From positions 242,296,001 to 242,360,000 of the forward strand of contig OZ024743.1 in the NCBI GenBank assembly GCA_964016885.1: DNA of 64,000 nucleotides. The letters run 5' to 3'. Positions 8,542 to 29,500 of the stretch are shown one piece after another. The notes under the pieces are model-generated. The model was not told where the DNA came from. It was given only the letters and a program-made list of their open reading frames with translations, and searched no databases. The stretch is from Eledone cirrhosa. Lineage: Eukaryota. Numbering within the stretch: position 1 is the first letter of the stretch; each line of letters starts with the position of its first letter. The translations under genes were made by a program, and so were the position numbers.

Positions 8542-11500
8542 AATGACATACACTAACATATACATGATACACTCGCAACACATACACACAATGACATACA
8601 CTAACATATACATGATACACTCGCAACACATAGATACAATGATATACACTAACATATACATGATACACTCACAACACATACACACAATGACATACACTAA
8701 CATATACATGATACACTCGCAACACATACACACAATGACATACACTAACATATACATGATACACTCGCAACACATACACAATGATATACACTAACATATA
8801 CATGATACACTCACAACACATACACAAAATGATATACACTAACATATACATGATACACTCACAACACATACACACAATGACATACACTAACTTATACATG
8901 ATACACTCGCAACACATACACACAATGATATACACTAACATATACATGATACACTCGCAACACACACACAATGACATACACTAACATATACATGATACAC
9001 TCGCAACACATACACACAATGACATACACTAACATATACATGATACACTCCCAACACATAGACACAATGATATATACTAACATATACATGATACACTCAC
9101 AACACATACACACAATGACATAGACTAACATATACATGATACACTCGCAACACATACACACAATGATATACACTAACATATAAAAGATACACTCGCAACA
9201 CATACACAATGATATACTCTAACATATACATGATACACTCGCAACACATACACACAATGATATACACTAACATATACATGATACACTCGCAACACACACA
9301 CAATGACATACACTAACATATACATGATACACTCACAACACATACACACAATGACATACACTAACTTATACATGATACACTCGCAACACATACACACAAT
9401 GATATACACTAACATATACATGATACACTCGCAACACACACACAATGACATACACTAACATATACATGATACACTCGCAACACATACACACAATGACATA
9501 CACTAACATATACATGATACACTCCCAACACATAGACACAATGATATATACTAACATATACATGATACACTCACAACACATACACACAATGACATAGACT
9601 AACATATACATGATACACTCGCAACACATACACACAATGATATACACTAACATATAAAAGATACACTCGCAACACATACACAATGATATACTCTAACATA
9701 TACATGATACACTCGCAACACATACACACAATGATATACACTAACATATACATGATACACTCGCAACACACACACAATGACATACACTAACATATACATG
9801 ATACACTCGCAACACATACACAATGATATACACTAACATATACATGATACACTCGCAACACATACACACAATGATATACATTAACATATACATGATACAC
9901 TCGCAACACATACACACAATGACATACACTAACATATACATGATACACTCGCAACACATAGACACAATGATATATACTAACATATACATGATACACTCAC
10001 AACAGATACACACAATGACATACACTAACATATACATGATACACTCGCAACACATACACACAATGATATACACTAATATATACAAGATACACTCGCAACA
10101 CATACACAATGACATACACTAACATATACATGATACACTCGCAACACATACACACAATGATATATACTAACATATACATGATACACTCGCAACACATACA
10201 CAATGATATACACTAACATATACATGATACACTCACAACATACACACAATGATATACACTAACATATACATGATACACTCGCAACACATACACAATGATA
10301 TACACTAACATATACATGATACACTCGCAACACATAGACACAATGATATATACTAACATATACATGATACACTCGCAACACATACACACAATGACATACA
10401 CTAACATTTACATGATATACTCGCAACACATACACACAATGGCATACACTAACATATACATGATACACTCGCAACACATACACACAATGATATACACTAA
10501 CATATACATGATACACTCGCAACACATACACACAATGATATACACTAACATATACATGATACACTCGCAACACATACACAATGATATACACTAACATATA
10601 CATGATACACTCACAACATACACACAATGATATACACTAACATATACATGATACACTCGCAACACATACACAATGATATACACTAACATATACATGATAC
10701 ACTCACAACACATACACACAATGATATACACTAACATATACATGATACACTCACAACACATACACACAATGACATACACTAACATATACATGATACACTC
10801 GCAACACATACACACAATGATATACACTAACATATACATGATACACTCGCAACACACACACAATGACATACACTAACATATACATGATACACTCGCAACA
10901 CATACACACAATGACATACACTAACATATACATGATACACTCGCAACACAAAGACACAATGATATATACTAACATATACATGATACACTCACAACACATA
11001 CACACAATGACATACACTAACATATACATGATACACTCGCAACACATACACACAATGATATACACTAACATATACGAGATACAGTCGCAACACATACACA
11101 ATGATATACACTAACATATACATGATACACTCGCAACACATACACACAATGACATACACTAACATATACATGATACACTCGCAACACATACACACAATGA
11201 TATACACTAACATATACATGATACACGCGCAACACATACAAACAATGACATACACTAACATATACAATGATATATACTAACATATACATGATACACTCGC
11301 AACACATACTCAATGATATACACTAACATATACATGATACACTCACAACATACACACAATGATATACACTAACATATACATGATACACTCGCAACACATA
11401 CACAATGATATACACTAACATATACATGATACACTCACAACACATACACAAAATGATATACACTAACATATACATGATACACTCACAACACATACACACA

Positions 11501-14500
11501 ATGACATACACTAACTTATACATGATACACTCGCAACACATACACACAATGATATACACTAACATATACATGATACACTGGCAACACACACACAATGACA
11601 TACACTAACATATACATGATACACTCGCAACACATACACACAATGACATACACTAACATATACATGATACACTCGCAACACATAGACACAATGATATATA
11701 CTAACATATACATGATACACTCACAACACATACACACAATGACATACACTAACATATACATGATACACTCGCAACACATACACACAATGATATACACTAA
11801 CATATAAAAGATACACTCGCAACACATACACAATGATATACTCTAACATATACATGATACACTCGCAACACATACACACAATGATATACACTAACATATA
11901 CATGATACACTCGCAACACACACACAATGACAAACACTAACATATACATGATACACTCGCAACACATAGACACAATGATATACACTAACATATACATGAT
12001 ACACTCACAACACATACACACAATGACATACACTAACATATACATGATACACTCGCAACACATACACACAATGATATACACTAACATATACATGATACAC
12101 TCGCAACACACACACAATGACATACACTAACATATACATGATACACTCGCAACACATACACAATGATATACACTAACATATACATGATACACTCGCAACA
12201 CATACACACAATGATATACACTAACATATACATGATACACTCGCAACACATACACACAATGACATACACTAACATATACATGATACACTCGCAACACATA
12301 GACACAATGATATATACTAACATATACATGATACACTCACAACAGATACACACAATGACATACACTAACATATACATGATACACTCGCAACACATACACA
12401 CAATGATATACACTAATATATACAAGATACACTCGCAACACATACACAATGACATGCACTAACATATACATGATACACTCGCAACACATACACACAATGA
12501 TATATACTAACATATACATGATACACTCGCAACACATACACAATGATATACACTAACATATACATGATACACTCACAACATACACACAATGATATACACT
12601 AACATATACATGATACACTCGCAACACATACACAATGATATACACTAACATATACATGATACACTCGCAACACATAGACACAATGATATATACTAACATA
12701 TACATGATACACTCGCAACACATACACACAATGACATACACTAACATTTACATGATATACTCGCAACACATACACACAATGGCATACACTAACATATACA
12801 TGATACACTCGCAACACATACACACAATGATATACACTAACATATACATGATACACTCGCAACACATACACACAATGATATACACTAACATATACATGAT
12901 ACACTCGCAACACATACACAATGATATACACTAACATATACATGATACACTCACAACATACACACAATGATATACACTAACATATACATGATACACTCGC
13001 AACACATACACAATGATATACACTAACATATACATGATACACTCACAACACATACACACAATGATATACACTAACATATACATGATACACTCACAACACA
13101 TACACACAATGACATACACTAACATATACATGATACACTCGCAACACATACACACAATGATATACACTAACATATACATGATACACTCGCAACACACACA
13201 CAATGACATACACTAACATATACATGATACACTCGCAACACATACACACAATGACATACACTAACATATACATGATACACTCGCAACACAAAGACACAAT
13301 GATATATACTAACATATACATGATACACTCACAACACATACACACAATGACATACACTAACATATACATGATACACTCGCAACACACACACAATGAAAAA
13401 CACTAACATATACAAGATACACTCGCAACACATACACAATGATATACACTAACATATACATGATACACTCGCAACACATACACACACTGATAGACACTAA
13501 CATATACATGATACACTCACAACACATACACACAATGACATACACTAACATATACATGATACACTCACAACACATACAGACAATGACATACACTAACATA
13601 TACATGATACACTCGCAACACATACACACAATGATATACACTAACATATACATGATACACTCGCAACACACACACAATGACAAACACTAACATATACAGG
13701 ATACACTCGCAACACATAGACACAATGATATACACTAACATATACAAGATACACTCGCAACACATACACAATGATATACACTAACATATACATGATACAC
13801 TCGCAACACATACACACAATGATATACACTAACATATACATGATACACTCACAACACATACACACAATGACATACACTAACATATACATGATACACTCAC
13901 AACACATACAGACAATGACATACACTAACATATACATGATACACTCGCAACACATACACACAATGATATACACTAACATATACAAGATACACTCGCAACA
14001 CATACACAATGATATACACTAAGATATACATGATACACTCGCAACACATAGACACAATGATATATACTAACATATACATGATATAATCGCAACACATACA
14101 CACAATGATATACACTAACATATACATGATACACTCGCAACACATACACACAATGACATACACTAACATATACATGATACACTCGCAACACATACACACA
14201 ATGATATACACTAACATATACATGATACACTCGCAACACATACACACAATGACATACACTAACATATACATGATACACTCGCAACACATAGACACAATGA
14301 TATATACTAACATATACATGATACACTCACAACACATACACACAATGACATACACTAACATATACATGATACACTCGCAACACATACACAATGATATACA
14401 CTAACATATACATGATACACTCACAACACATACACACAATGACATACACTAACATATACATGATACACTCGCAACACATACACACAATGATATACACTAA

Positions 14501-17500
14501 CATATAAAAGATACACTAGCAACACATACTCAATGATATACTCTAACATATACATGATACACTCGCAACACATACACACAATGATATACACTAACATATA
14601 CATGATACACTCGCAACACACACACAATGACAAACACTAACATATACATGATACACTCGCAACACATAGACACAATGATATACACTAACTTATACATGAT
14701 ACACTCGCAACACATACACACAATGATATACACTAACATATACATGATACACTGGCAACACACACACAATGACATACACTAACATATACATGATACACTC
14801 GCAACACATACACACAATGACATACACTAACATATACATGATACACTCGCAACACATAGACACAATGATATATACTAACATATACATGATACACTCACAA
14901 CACATACACACAATGACATACACTAACATATACATGATACACTCGCAACACATACACACAATGATATACACTAACATATAAAAGATACACTCGCAACACA
15001 TACACAATGATATACTCTAACATATACATGATACACTCGCAACACATACACACAATGATATACACTAACATATACATGATACACTCGCAACACACACACA
15101 ATGACAAACACTAACATATACATGATACACTCGCAACACATAGACACAATGATATACACTAACATATACATGATACACTCACAACACATACACACAATGA
15201 CATACACTAACATATACATGATACACTCGCAACACATACACACAATGATATACACTAACATATACATGATACACTCGCAACACACACACAATGACATACA
15301 CTAACATATACATGATACACTCGCAACACATACACACAATGATATATACTAACATATACATGATACACTCGCAACACATACACAATGATATACACTAACA
15401 TATACATGATACACTCACAACATACACACAATGATATACACTAACATATACATGATGCACTCGCAACACATACACAATGATATACACTAACATATACATG
15501 ATACACTCGCAACACATAGACACAATGATATATACTAACATATACATGATACACTCGCAACACATACACACAATGACATACACTAACATTTACATGATAT
15601 ACTCGCAACACATACACACAATGGCATACACTAACATATACATGATACACTCGCAACACATACACACAATGATATACACTAACATATACATGATACACTC
15701 GCAACACATACACACAATGATATACACTAACATATACATGATACACTCGCAACACATACACAATGATATACACTAACATATACATGATACACTCACAACA
15801 TACACACAATGATATACACTAACATATACATGATACACTCGCAACACATACACAATGATATACACTAACATATACATGATACACTCACAACACATACACA
15901 CAATGATATACACTAACATATACATGATACACTCACAACACATACACACAATGACATACACTAACATATACATGATACACTCGCAACACATACACACAAT
16001 GATATACACTAACATATACATGATACACTCGCAACACAAAGACACAATGATATATACTAACATATACATGATACACTCACAACACATACACACAATGACA
16101 TACACTAACATATACATGATACACTCGCAACACATACACACAATGATATACACTAACATATACAAGATACAGTCGCAACACATACACAATGATATACACT
16201 AACATATACATGATACACTCGCAACACATACACACAATGATATACACTAACATATACATGATACACTCGCAACACACACACAATGACAAACACTAACATA
16301 TACAGGATACACTCGCAACACATAGACACAATGATATACACTAACATATACAAGATACACTCGCAACACATACACAATGATATACACTAACATATACATG
16401 ATACACTCGCAACACATACACACAATGATATACACTAACATATACATGATACACTCACAACACATACACACAATGACATACACTAACATATACATGATAC
16501 ACTCACAACACATACAGACAATGACATACACTAACATATACATGATACACTCGCAACACATACACACAATGATATACACTAACATATACAAGATACACTC
16601 GCAACACATACACAATGATATACACTAAGATATACATGATACACTCGCAACACATAGACACAATGATATATACTAACATATACATGATATAATCGCAACA
16701 CATACACACAATGATATACACTAACATATACATGATACACTCGCAACACATACACACAATGACATACACTAACATATACATGATACACTCGCAACACATA
16801 CACACAATGATATACACTAACATATACATGATACACTCGCAACACATACACACAATGACATAAACTAACATATACATGATACACTCGCAACACATAGACA
16901 CAATGATATATACTAACATATACATGATACACTCACAACACATACACACAATGACATACACTAACATATACATGATACACTCGCAACACATACACAATGA
17001 TATACAGTAACATATACATGATACACTCACAACACATACACACAATGACATACACTAACATATACATGATACACTCGCAACACATACACACAATGATATA
17101 CACTAACATATAAAAGATACACTCGCAACACATACTCAATGATATACTCTAACATATACATGATACACTCGCAACACATACACAAAAATTATATACACTA
17201 ACATATACATGATACACTCGCAACACACACACAATGACAAACACTAACATATACATGATACACTCGCAACACATAAACACAATGATATACACTAACATAT
17301 ACATGATACACTCACAACACATACACACAATGACATACACTAACATATACATGATACACTCGCAACACATACACACAATGATATACACTAACATATACAT
17401 GATACACTCGCAACACACACACAATGACATACACTAACATATACATGATACACTCGCAACACATACACAATGATATACACTAACATATACATGATACACT

Positions 17501-20500
17501 CGCAACACATACACACAATGATATACACTAACATATACATGATACACTCGCAACACATACACACAATGACATACACTAACATATACATGATACACTCGCA
17601 ACACATAGACACAATGATATATACTAACATATACATGATACACTCACAACAGATACACACAATGACATACACTAACATATACATGATACACTCGCAACAC
17701 ATACACACAATGATATACACTAATATATACAAGATACACTCGCAACACATACACAATGACATGCACTAACATATACATGATACACTCGCAACACATACAC
17801 TCAATGATATATACTAACATATACATGATACACTCGCAACACATACACAATGATATACACTAACATATACATGATACACTCACAACATACACACAATGAT
17901 ATACACTAACATATACATGATACACTCGCAACACATACACAATGATATACACTAACATATACATGATACACTCGCAACACATAGACACAATGATATATAC
18001 TAACATATACATGATACACTCGCAACACATACACACAATGACATACACTAACATTTACATGATATACTCGCAACACATACACACAATGGCATACACTAAC
18101 ATATACATGATACACTCGCAACACATACACACAATGATATACACTAACATATACATGATACACTCACAACACATACACACAATGATATACACTAACATAT
18201 ACATGATACACTCGCAACACATACACAATGATATACACTAACATATACATGATACACTCACAACATACACACAATGATATACACTAACATATACATGATA
18301 CACTCGCAACACATACACAATGATATACACTAACATATACATGATACACTCACAACACATACACACAATGATATACACTAACATATACATGATACACTCA
18401 CAACACATACACACAATGACATACACTAACATATACATGATACACTCGCAACACATACACACAATGATATACACTAACATATACATGATACACTCGCAAT
18501 ACAGACACAATGACATACACTAACATATACATGATACACTCGCAACACATACACACAATGACATACACTAACATATACATGATACACTCGCAACACAAAG
18601 ACACAATGATATATACTAACATATACATGATACACTCACAACACATACACACAATGACATACACTAACATATACATGATACACTCGCAACACATACACAC
18701 AATGATATACACTAACATATACAAGATACAGTCGCAACACATACACAATGATATACACTAACATATACATGATACACTCGCAACACATACACACAATGAT
18801 ATACACTAACATATACATGATACACTCGCAACACACACACAATGACAAACACTAACATATACAGGATACACTCGCAACACATAGACACAATGATATACAC
18901 TAACATATACAAGATACACTCGCAACACATACACAATGATATACACTAACCTATACATGATACACTCGCAACACATACACACAATGATATACACTAACAT
19001 ATACATGATACACTCACAACACATACACACAATGACATACACTAACATATACATGATACACTCACAACACATACAGACAATGACATACACTAACATATAC
19101 ATGATACACTCGCAACACATACACACAATGATATACACTAACATATACAAGATACACTCGCAACACATACACAATGATATACACTAACATATACATGATA
19201 CACTCGCAACACATAGACACAATGATATATACTAACATATACATGATATACTCGCAACACATACACACAATGATATACACTAACATATACATGATACACT
19301 CGCAACACATACACACAATGACATACACTAACATATACATGATACACTCGCAACACATACACACAATGATATACACTAACATATACATGATACACCCGCA
19401 ACACATACACACAATGACATACACTAACATATACATGATACACTCGCAACACATAGACACAATGATATATACTAACATATACATGATACACTCACAACAC
19501 ATACACACAATGACATACACTAACATATACATGATACACTCGCAACACATACACAATGATATACACTAACATATACATGATACACTCACAACACATACAC
19601 AATGATATACACTAACATATACATGATACACTCGCAACACATACACACAATGATATATACTAACATATACATGATACACTCGCAACACACACACAATGAC
19701 AAACACTAACATATACATGATACACTCGCAACACATAGACACAATGATATACACTAACATATACATGATACACTCACAACACATACACACAATGACATAC
19801 ACTAACATATACATGATACACTCGCAACACATACACACAATGATATACACTAACATATACATGATACACTCGCAACACATACACACAATGATATACACTA
19901 ACATATACATGATACACTCGCAACACATACACACAATGATATACACTAACATATACATGATACACTCGCAACACATACACACAATGATATACACTAACAT
20001 ATACATGATACACTCACAACACATACACACAATGACATACACTAACATATACATGATACACTCGCAACACATACACACAATGACATACACTAACATATAC
20101 ATGATACACTCGCAACACATACACACAATGATATATACTAACATATACATGATACACTCGCAACACATACACAATGATATACACTAACATATACAAGATA
20201 CACTCGCAACACATACACAATGATATACACTAACATATACATGATACACTCGCAACACATACACACAATGACATACACTAACATATACATGATACACTCG
20301 TAACACATACACACAATGATATATACTAACATATACATGATACACTCGCAACACATAGACACAATGATATACACTAACATATACAAGATACACTCGCAAC
20401 ACATACACAATGATATACACTAACATATACATGATACACTCGCAACACATACACACAATGATATACACTAACATATACATGATACACTCACAACACATAC

Positions 20501-23500
20501 ACACAATGACATACACTAACATATACATGATACACTCACAACACATACAGACAATGACATACACTAACATATACAAGATACACTCGCAACACATACACAC
20601 AATGATATACACTAACATATACAAGATACACTCGCAACACATACACAATGATATACACTAACATATACATGATACACTCGCAACACATAGACACAATGAT
20701 ATATTCTAACATATACATGATACACTCGCAACACATACACACAATGATATACACTAACATATACATGATACACTCGCAACACATACACACAATGACATAC
20801 ACTAACATATACATGATACACTCGCAACACATACACACAATGATAAACACTAACATATACATGATACACTCGCAACACATACACACAATGACATACACTA
20901 ACATATACATGATACACTAGCAACACATAGACACAATGATATATACTAACATATACATGATACACTCACAACACATACACACAATGACATAAACTAACAT
21001 ATACATGATACACTCGCAACACATACACAATGATATACCCTAACATATACATGATACACTCGCAACACATACACAATGATATACACTAACATATACATGA
21101 TACACTCGCAACACATACACACAATGATATACACTAACATATACATGATACACTCGCAACACACACACAATGACAAACACTAACATATACATGATACACT
21201 CGCAACACATAGACACAATGATATACACTAACATATACATGATACACTCACAACACATACACACAATGACATACACTAACATATACATGATACACTCGCA
21301 ACACATACACACAATGATATACACTAACATATACATGATACACTCGCAACACATACACACAATGATATACACTAACATATACATGATACACTCGCAACAC
21401 ATACACACAATGATATACACTAACATATACATGATACACTCGCAACACATACACACAATGATATACACTAACATATACATGATACACTCACAACACATAC
21501 ACACAATGACATACACTAACATATACATGATACACTCGCAACACATACACACAATGACATACACTAACATATACATGATACACTCGCAACACATACACAC
21601 AATGATATATACTAACATATACATGATACACTCGCAACACATACACAATGATATACACTAACATATACATGATACACTCACAACACATACACACAATGGC
21701 ATACACTAACATATACATGATACACTCGCAACACATACACACAATGATATACACTAACATATACATGATACACTCGTAACACATACACACAATGATATAC
21801 ACTAACATATACATGATACACTCTCAACACATACACACAATGACATACACTAACATATACATGATACACTCGCAACACATACACACAATGATATACACTA
21901 ACATATACATGATACACTCTCAACACATACACACAATGACATACACTAACATATACATGATACACTCGCAACACATACACACAATGACATACACTAACAT
22001 ATACATGATACACTCGCAACACATACACACAATGATATACACTAACATATACATGATACACTCGCAACACATAGACACAATGATATACACTAACATATAC
22101 ATGATACACTCGCAACACATACACACAATGACGTACACTAACATAAACATGATACACTCGCAACACATAGACACAATGACATACACTAACATATACATGA
22201 TACACTCGCAACACATACACACAATGACATACACTAACATATACATGATACACTCGCAACACATACACACAATGACATACGCTAACATATACATGATACA
22301 TTCGCAACACATACACACAATGACATACACTAACATATACATGATACACTCGCAGCACATACACACAACATATACACTAACATATACATGATACACTCGC
22401 AACACATACACACAATGACATACACTAACATATACAATGATATATACTAACATATACATGATACACTCGCAACACATACACAATGATATACACTAACATA
22501 TACATGATACAGTCACAACATACACACAATGATATACACTAACATATACATGATACACTCGCAACACATACACACAATGATATACACTAACATATACATG
22601 ATACACTCGCAACACATACACAATGATATACACTAACATATACATGATACACTGGCAACACATACACACAATGACATACACTAACATATACATGATACAC
22701 TGGCAACACATTGACACAATGATATACACTAACATATACATGATACACTCGCAACACATACACACAATGACATACACTAACATAAACATGATACACTCGC
22801 AATACATAGACACAATGACATACACTAACATATACATGATACACTCGCAACACATACACACAATGACATACACTAACATATACATGATACACTCGCAACA
22901 CATACAGAATGGCATACACTAACATAAACATGATACACTCGCAACACATACACACAATGGCATACACTAACATATACATGATACACTCGCAACACAAAGA
23001 CACAATGATATATACTAGCATATACATGATACACTCACAACACATACACACAATGACATACACTAACATATACATGATACACTCGCAACACATACACACA
23101 ATGATATACACTAACATATACAAGATACAGTCGCAACACATACACAATGATATACACTAACATATACATGATACACTCGCAACACATACACACAATGATA
23201 TACACTAACATATACATGATACACTCGCAACACACACACAATGACAAACACTAACATATACAGGATACACTCGCAACACATAGACACAATGATATACACT
23301 AACATATACAAGATACACTCGCAACACATACACAATGATATACACTAACATATAGATGATACACTCGCAACACATACACACAATGATATACACTAACATA
23401 TACATGATACACTCACAACACATACACACAATGACATACACTAACATATACATGATACACTCACAACACATACAGACAATGACATACACTAACATATACA

Positions 23501-26500
23501 TGATACACTCGCAACACATACACACAATGATATACACTAACATATACAAGATACACTCGCAACACATACACAATGATATACACTAACATATACATGATAC
23601 ACTCGCAACACATAGACACAATGATATATACTAACATATACATGATATACTCGCAACACATACACACAATGATATACACTAACATATACATGATACACTC
23701 GCAACACATACACACAATGACATACACTAACATATACATGATACACTCGCAACACATACACACAATGATATACACTAACATATACATGATACACTCGCAA
23801 CACATACACACAATGACATACACTAACATATACATGATACACTCGCAACACATAGACACAATGATATATACTAACATATACATGATACACTCACAACACA
23901 TACACACAATGACATACACTAACATATACATGATACACTCGCAACACATACACAATGATATACACTAACATATACATGATACACTCGCAACACATACACA
24001 ATGATATACACTAACATATACATGATACACTCGCAACACATACACACAATGATATATACTAACATATACATGATACACTCGCAACACACACACAATGACA
24101 AACACTAACATATACATGATACACTCGCAACACATAGACACAATGATATACACTAACATATACATGATACACTCACAACACATACACACAATGACATACA
24201 CTAACATATACATTATACACTCGCAACACATACACACAGTGATATACACTAACATATACATGATACACTCGCAACACATACACACAATGATATACACTAA
24301 CATATACATGATACACTCGCAACACATACACACAATGATATACACTAACATATACATGATACACTCACAACACATACACACAATGACATACACTAACATA
24401 TACATGATACACTCGCAACACATACACACAATGATATACACTAACATATACATGATACACTCGCAACACATACACACAATGATATACACTAACATATACA
24501 TGATACACTCACAACACATACACACAATGACATACACTAACATATACATGATACACTCACAACACATACACACAATGACAGACACTAACATATACATGAT
24601 ACACTCGCAACACATACACACAATGACATACACTAACATATACATGATACACTCGCAACACATACACACAATGATATATACAAACATATACATGATACAC
24701 TCGCAACACATACACAATGATATACACTAACATATACAAGATACACTCGCAACACATACACAATGATATACACTAACATATACATGATACACTCGCAACA
24801 CATACACACAATGACATACACTAACATATACATGATACACTCGTAACACATACACACAATGATATATACTAACATATACATGATACACTCGCAACACATA
24901 GACACAATGATATACACTAACATATACAAGATACACTCGCAACACATACACAATGATATACACTAACATATACATGATACACTCGCAACACATACACACA
25001 ATGATATACACTAACATATACATGATACACTCACAACACATACACACAATGACATACACTAACATATACATGATACACTCATAACACATACAGACAATGA
25101 CATACACTAACATATACAAGATACACTCGCAACACATACACACAATGATATACACTAACATATACAAGATACACTCGCAACACATACACAATGATATACA
25201 CTAACATATACATGATACACTCGCAACACATACACACAATGATATATACTAACATATACATGATACACTCGCAACACATACACACAATGATATACACTAA
25301 CATATACATGATACACTCGCAACACATACACACAATGACATACACTAACATATACATGATACACTCGCAACACATACACACAATGATATACACTAACATA
25401 TACATGATACACTCGCAACACATACACACAATGACATACACTAACATATACATGATACACTCGCAACACATAGACACAATGATATATACTAACATATACA
25501 TGATACACTCACAACACATACACACAATGACATACACTAACATATACATGATACACTCGCAACACATACACAATGATATACACTAACATATACATGATAC
25601 ACTCGCAACACATACACAATGATATACACTAACATATACATGATACACTCGCAACACATACACACAATGATATACACTAACATATACATGATACACTCGC
25701 AACACACACACAATGACAAACACTAACATATACATGATACACTCGCAACACATAGACACAATGACATACACTAACATATACATGATACACTCGCAACACA
25801 TACACACAATGATATATACTAACATATACATGATACACTCGCAACACATACACAATGATATACACTAACATATACAAGATACACTCGCAACACATACACA
25901 ATGATATACACTAACATATACATGATACACTCGCAACACATACACACAATGATATACACTAACATATACATGATACACTCGCAACACATACACACAATGA
26001 TATACACTAACATATACATGATACACTCGCAACACATACACACAATGATATACACTAACATATACATGATACACTCGCAACACATACACACAATGATATA
26101 CACTAACATATACATGAAACACTCACAACACATACACACAATGACATACACTAACATATACATGATACACTCGCAACACATACACACAATGACATACGCT
26201 AACATATACATGATACACTCGCAACACATACACACAATGATATACACTAACATATACATGATACACTCGCAACACATACACACAATGATATACACTAACA
26301 TATACATGATACACTCGCAACACATACACACAATGACATACACTAACATATACATGATACACTCGCAACACATACACACAATGATATACACTAACATATA
26401 CATGAAACACTCACAACACATACACACAATGACATACACTAACATATACATGATACACTCGCAACACATACACACAATGACATACACTAACATATACATG

Positions 26501-29500
26501 ATACACTCGCAACACATACACAATGATATACACTAACATATACATGATACACTCACAACACATACACACAATGGCATACACTAACATATACATGATACAC
26601 TCGCAACACATACACACAATGATATACACTAACATATACATGATACACTCGCAACACATACACACAATGATATACACTAACATATACATGATACACTCTC
26701 AACACATACACACAATGACATACACTAACATATACATGATACACTCGCAACACATACACACAATGATATACACTAACATATACATGATACACTCTCAACA
26801 CATACACACAATTACATACACTAACATATACATGATACACTCGCAACACATAGACACAATGACATACACTAACATATACATGATACACTCGCAACACATA
26901 CACACAATGACATACACTAACATATACATGATACACTCGCAACACATACACACAATGACATACGCTAACATATACATGATACACTCGCAACACATACACA
27001 CAATGACATACACTAACATATACATGATACACTCGCAGCACATACACACAACATATACACTAACATATACATGATACACTCGCAACACATACACACAATG
27101 ACATACACTAACATATACAATGATATATACTAACATATACATGATACACTCGCAACACATACACAATGATATACACTCACATATACATGATACAGTCACA
27201 ACATACACACAATGATATACACTAACATATACATGATACACACGCAACACATACACACAATGATATACACTAACATATACATGATACACTCGCAACACAT
27301 ACACAATGATATACACTAACATATACATGATACACTGGCAACACATACACACAATGACATACACTAACATATACATGATACACTGGCAACACATAGACAC
27401 AATGATATACACTAACATATACATGATACACTCGCAACACATACACACAATGACATACACTAACATAAACATGATACACTCGCAATACATAGACACAATG
27501 ACATACACTAACATATACATGATACACTCGCAACACATACACACAATGACATACACTAACATATACATGATACACTCGCAACACATACACACAATGACAT
27601 GCACTAACATATACATGATACATTCGCAACACATACACACAATGACATACACTAACATATACATGATACACTCGCAACACATACACAATGACATACACTA
27701 ACATATACATGATACACTCGCAACACATACAGAATGGCATACACTAACATAAACATGATACACTCGCAACACATACACACAATGGCATACACTAACATAT
27801 ACATGATACACTCGCAACACATACACACAATGACATACACTAACATATACATGATACAGTCGCAACACATACACACAATGATATACACTAACATATACAT
27901 GATACACTCGCAACACATAGACACAATGATATACACTAACATATACATGATACACTCGCAACACATACACACAGTGACATACACTAACATAAACATGATA
28001 CACTCGCAACACATAGACACAATGACATACACTAACATATACATGATACACTCGCAACACATACACACAATGACATACACTAACATATACATGATACACT
28101 CGCAACACATACACACAATGACATACACTAACATATACATCATACACTCGCAACACATACACACAGTGACATACACTAACATATACATGATACACTCGCA
28201 ACACATACACACAATGACATACACTAACAAATACATGATACACTCGCAACACATACACACGATGACATACACTAACATATACATGATACACTCGCAACAC
28301 ATACACACAATGACATACACTAGCATATTCATGATACACTCGCAACACATACACACAATGATATACACTAACATATACATGATACACTCGCAATACATAC
28401 ACACAATGATATACACTAACATATACATCATACACTCGCAACACATACACACAGTGACATACACTAACATATACATGATACACTCGCAACACATACACAC
28501 AATGACATACACTAACAAATACATGATACACTCGCAACACATACACACAATGACATACACTAACATATACATGATACACTCGCAACACATACACACAATG
28601 ACATACACTAACATATACATGATACACTCGCAACACATACACAATGATATACACTAACATATACAAGATACACTCGCAACACATACACACAATGATATAT
28701 ACTAACATATACATGATACACTCGCAACACACACACAATGACAAACACTAACATATACATGATACACTCGCAACACATAGACACAATGATATACACTAAC
28801 ATATATATGATACACTCACAACACATACACACAATGACAGACACTAACATATACATGATACACTCGCAACACATACACACAATGATATACATGATACACT
28901 CGCAACACATACGCAATGATATACACTAACATAAACATGATACACTCGCAACACATACACACAATGGCATACACTAACATATACATGATACACTCGCAAC
29001 ACATACACACAATGACATACACTAACATATACATGATACAGTCGCAACACATACACACAATGATATACACTAACATATACATGATACACTCGCAACACAT
29101 AGACACAATGATATACACTAACATATACATGATACACTCGCAACACATACACACAGTGACATACACTAACATAAACATGATACACTCGCAACACATAGAC
29201 ACAATGACATACACTAACATATACATGATACACTCGCAACACATACACACAATGACATACACTAACATATACATGATACACTCGCAACACATACACACAA
29301 TGACATACACTAACATATACATCATACACTCGCAACACATACACACAGTGACATACACTAACATATACATGATACACTCGCAACACATACACACAATGAC
29401 ATACACTAACAAATACATGATACACTCGCAACACATACACACGATGACATACACTAACATATACATGATACACTCGCAACACATACACACAATGACATAC

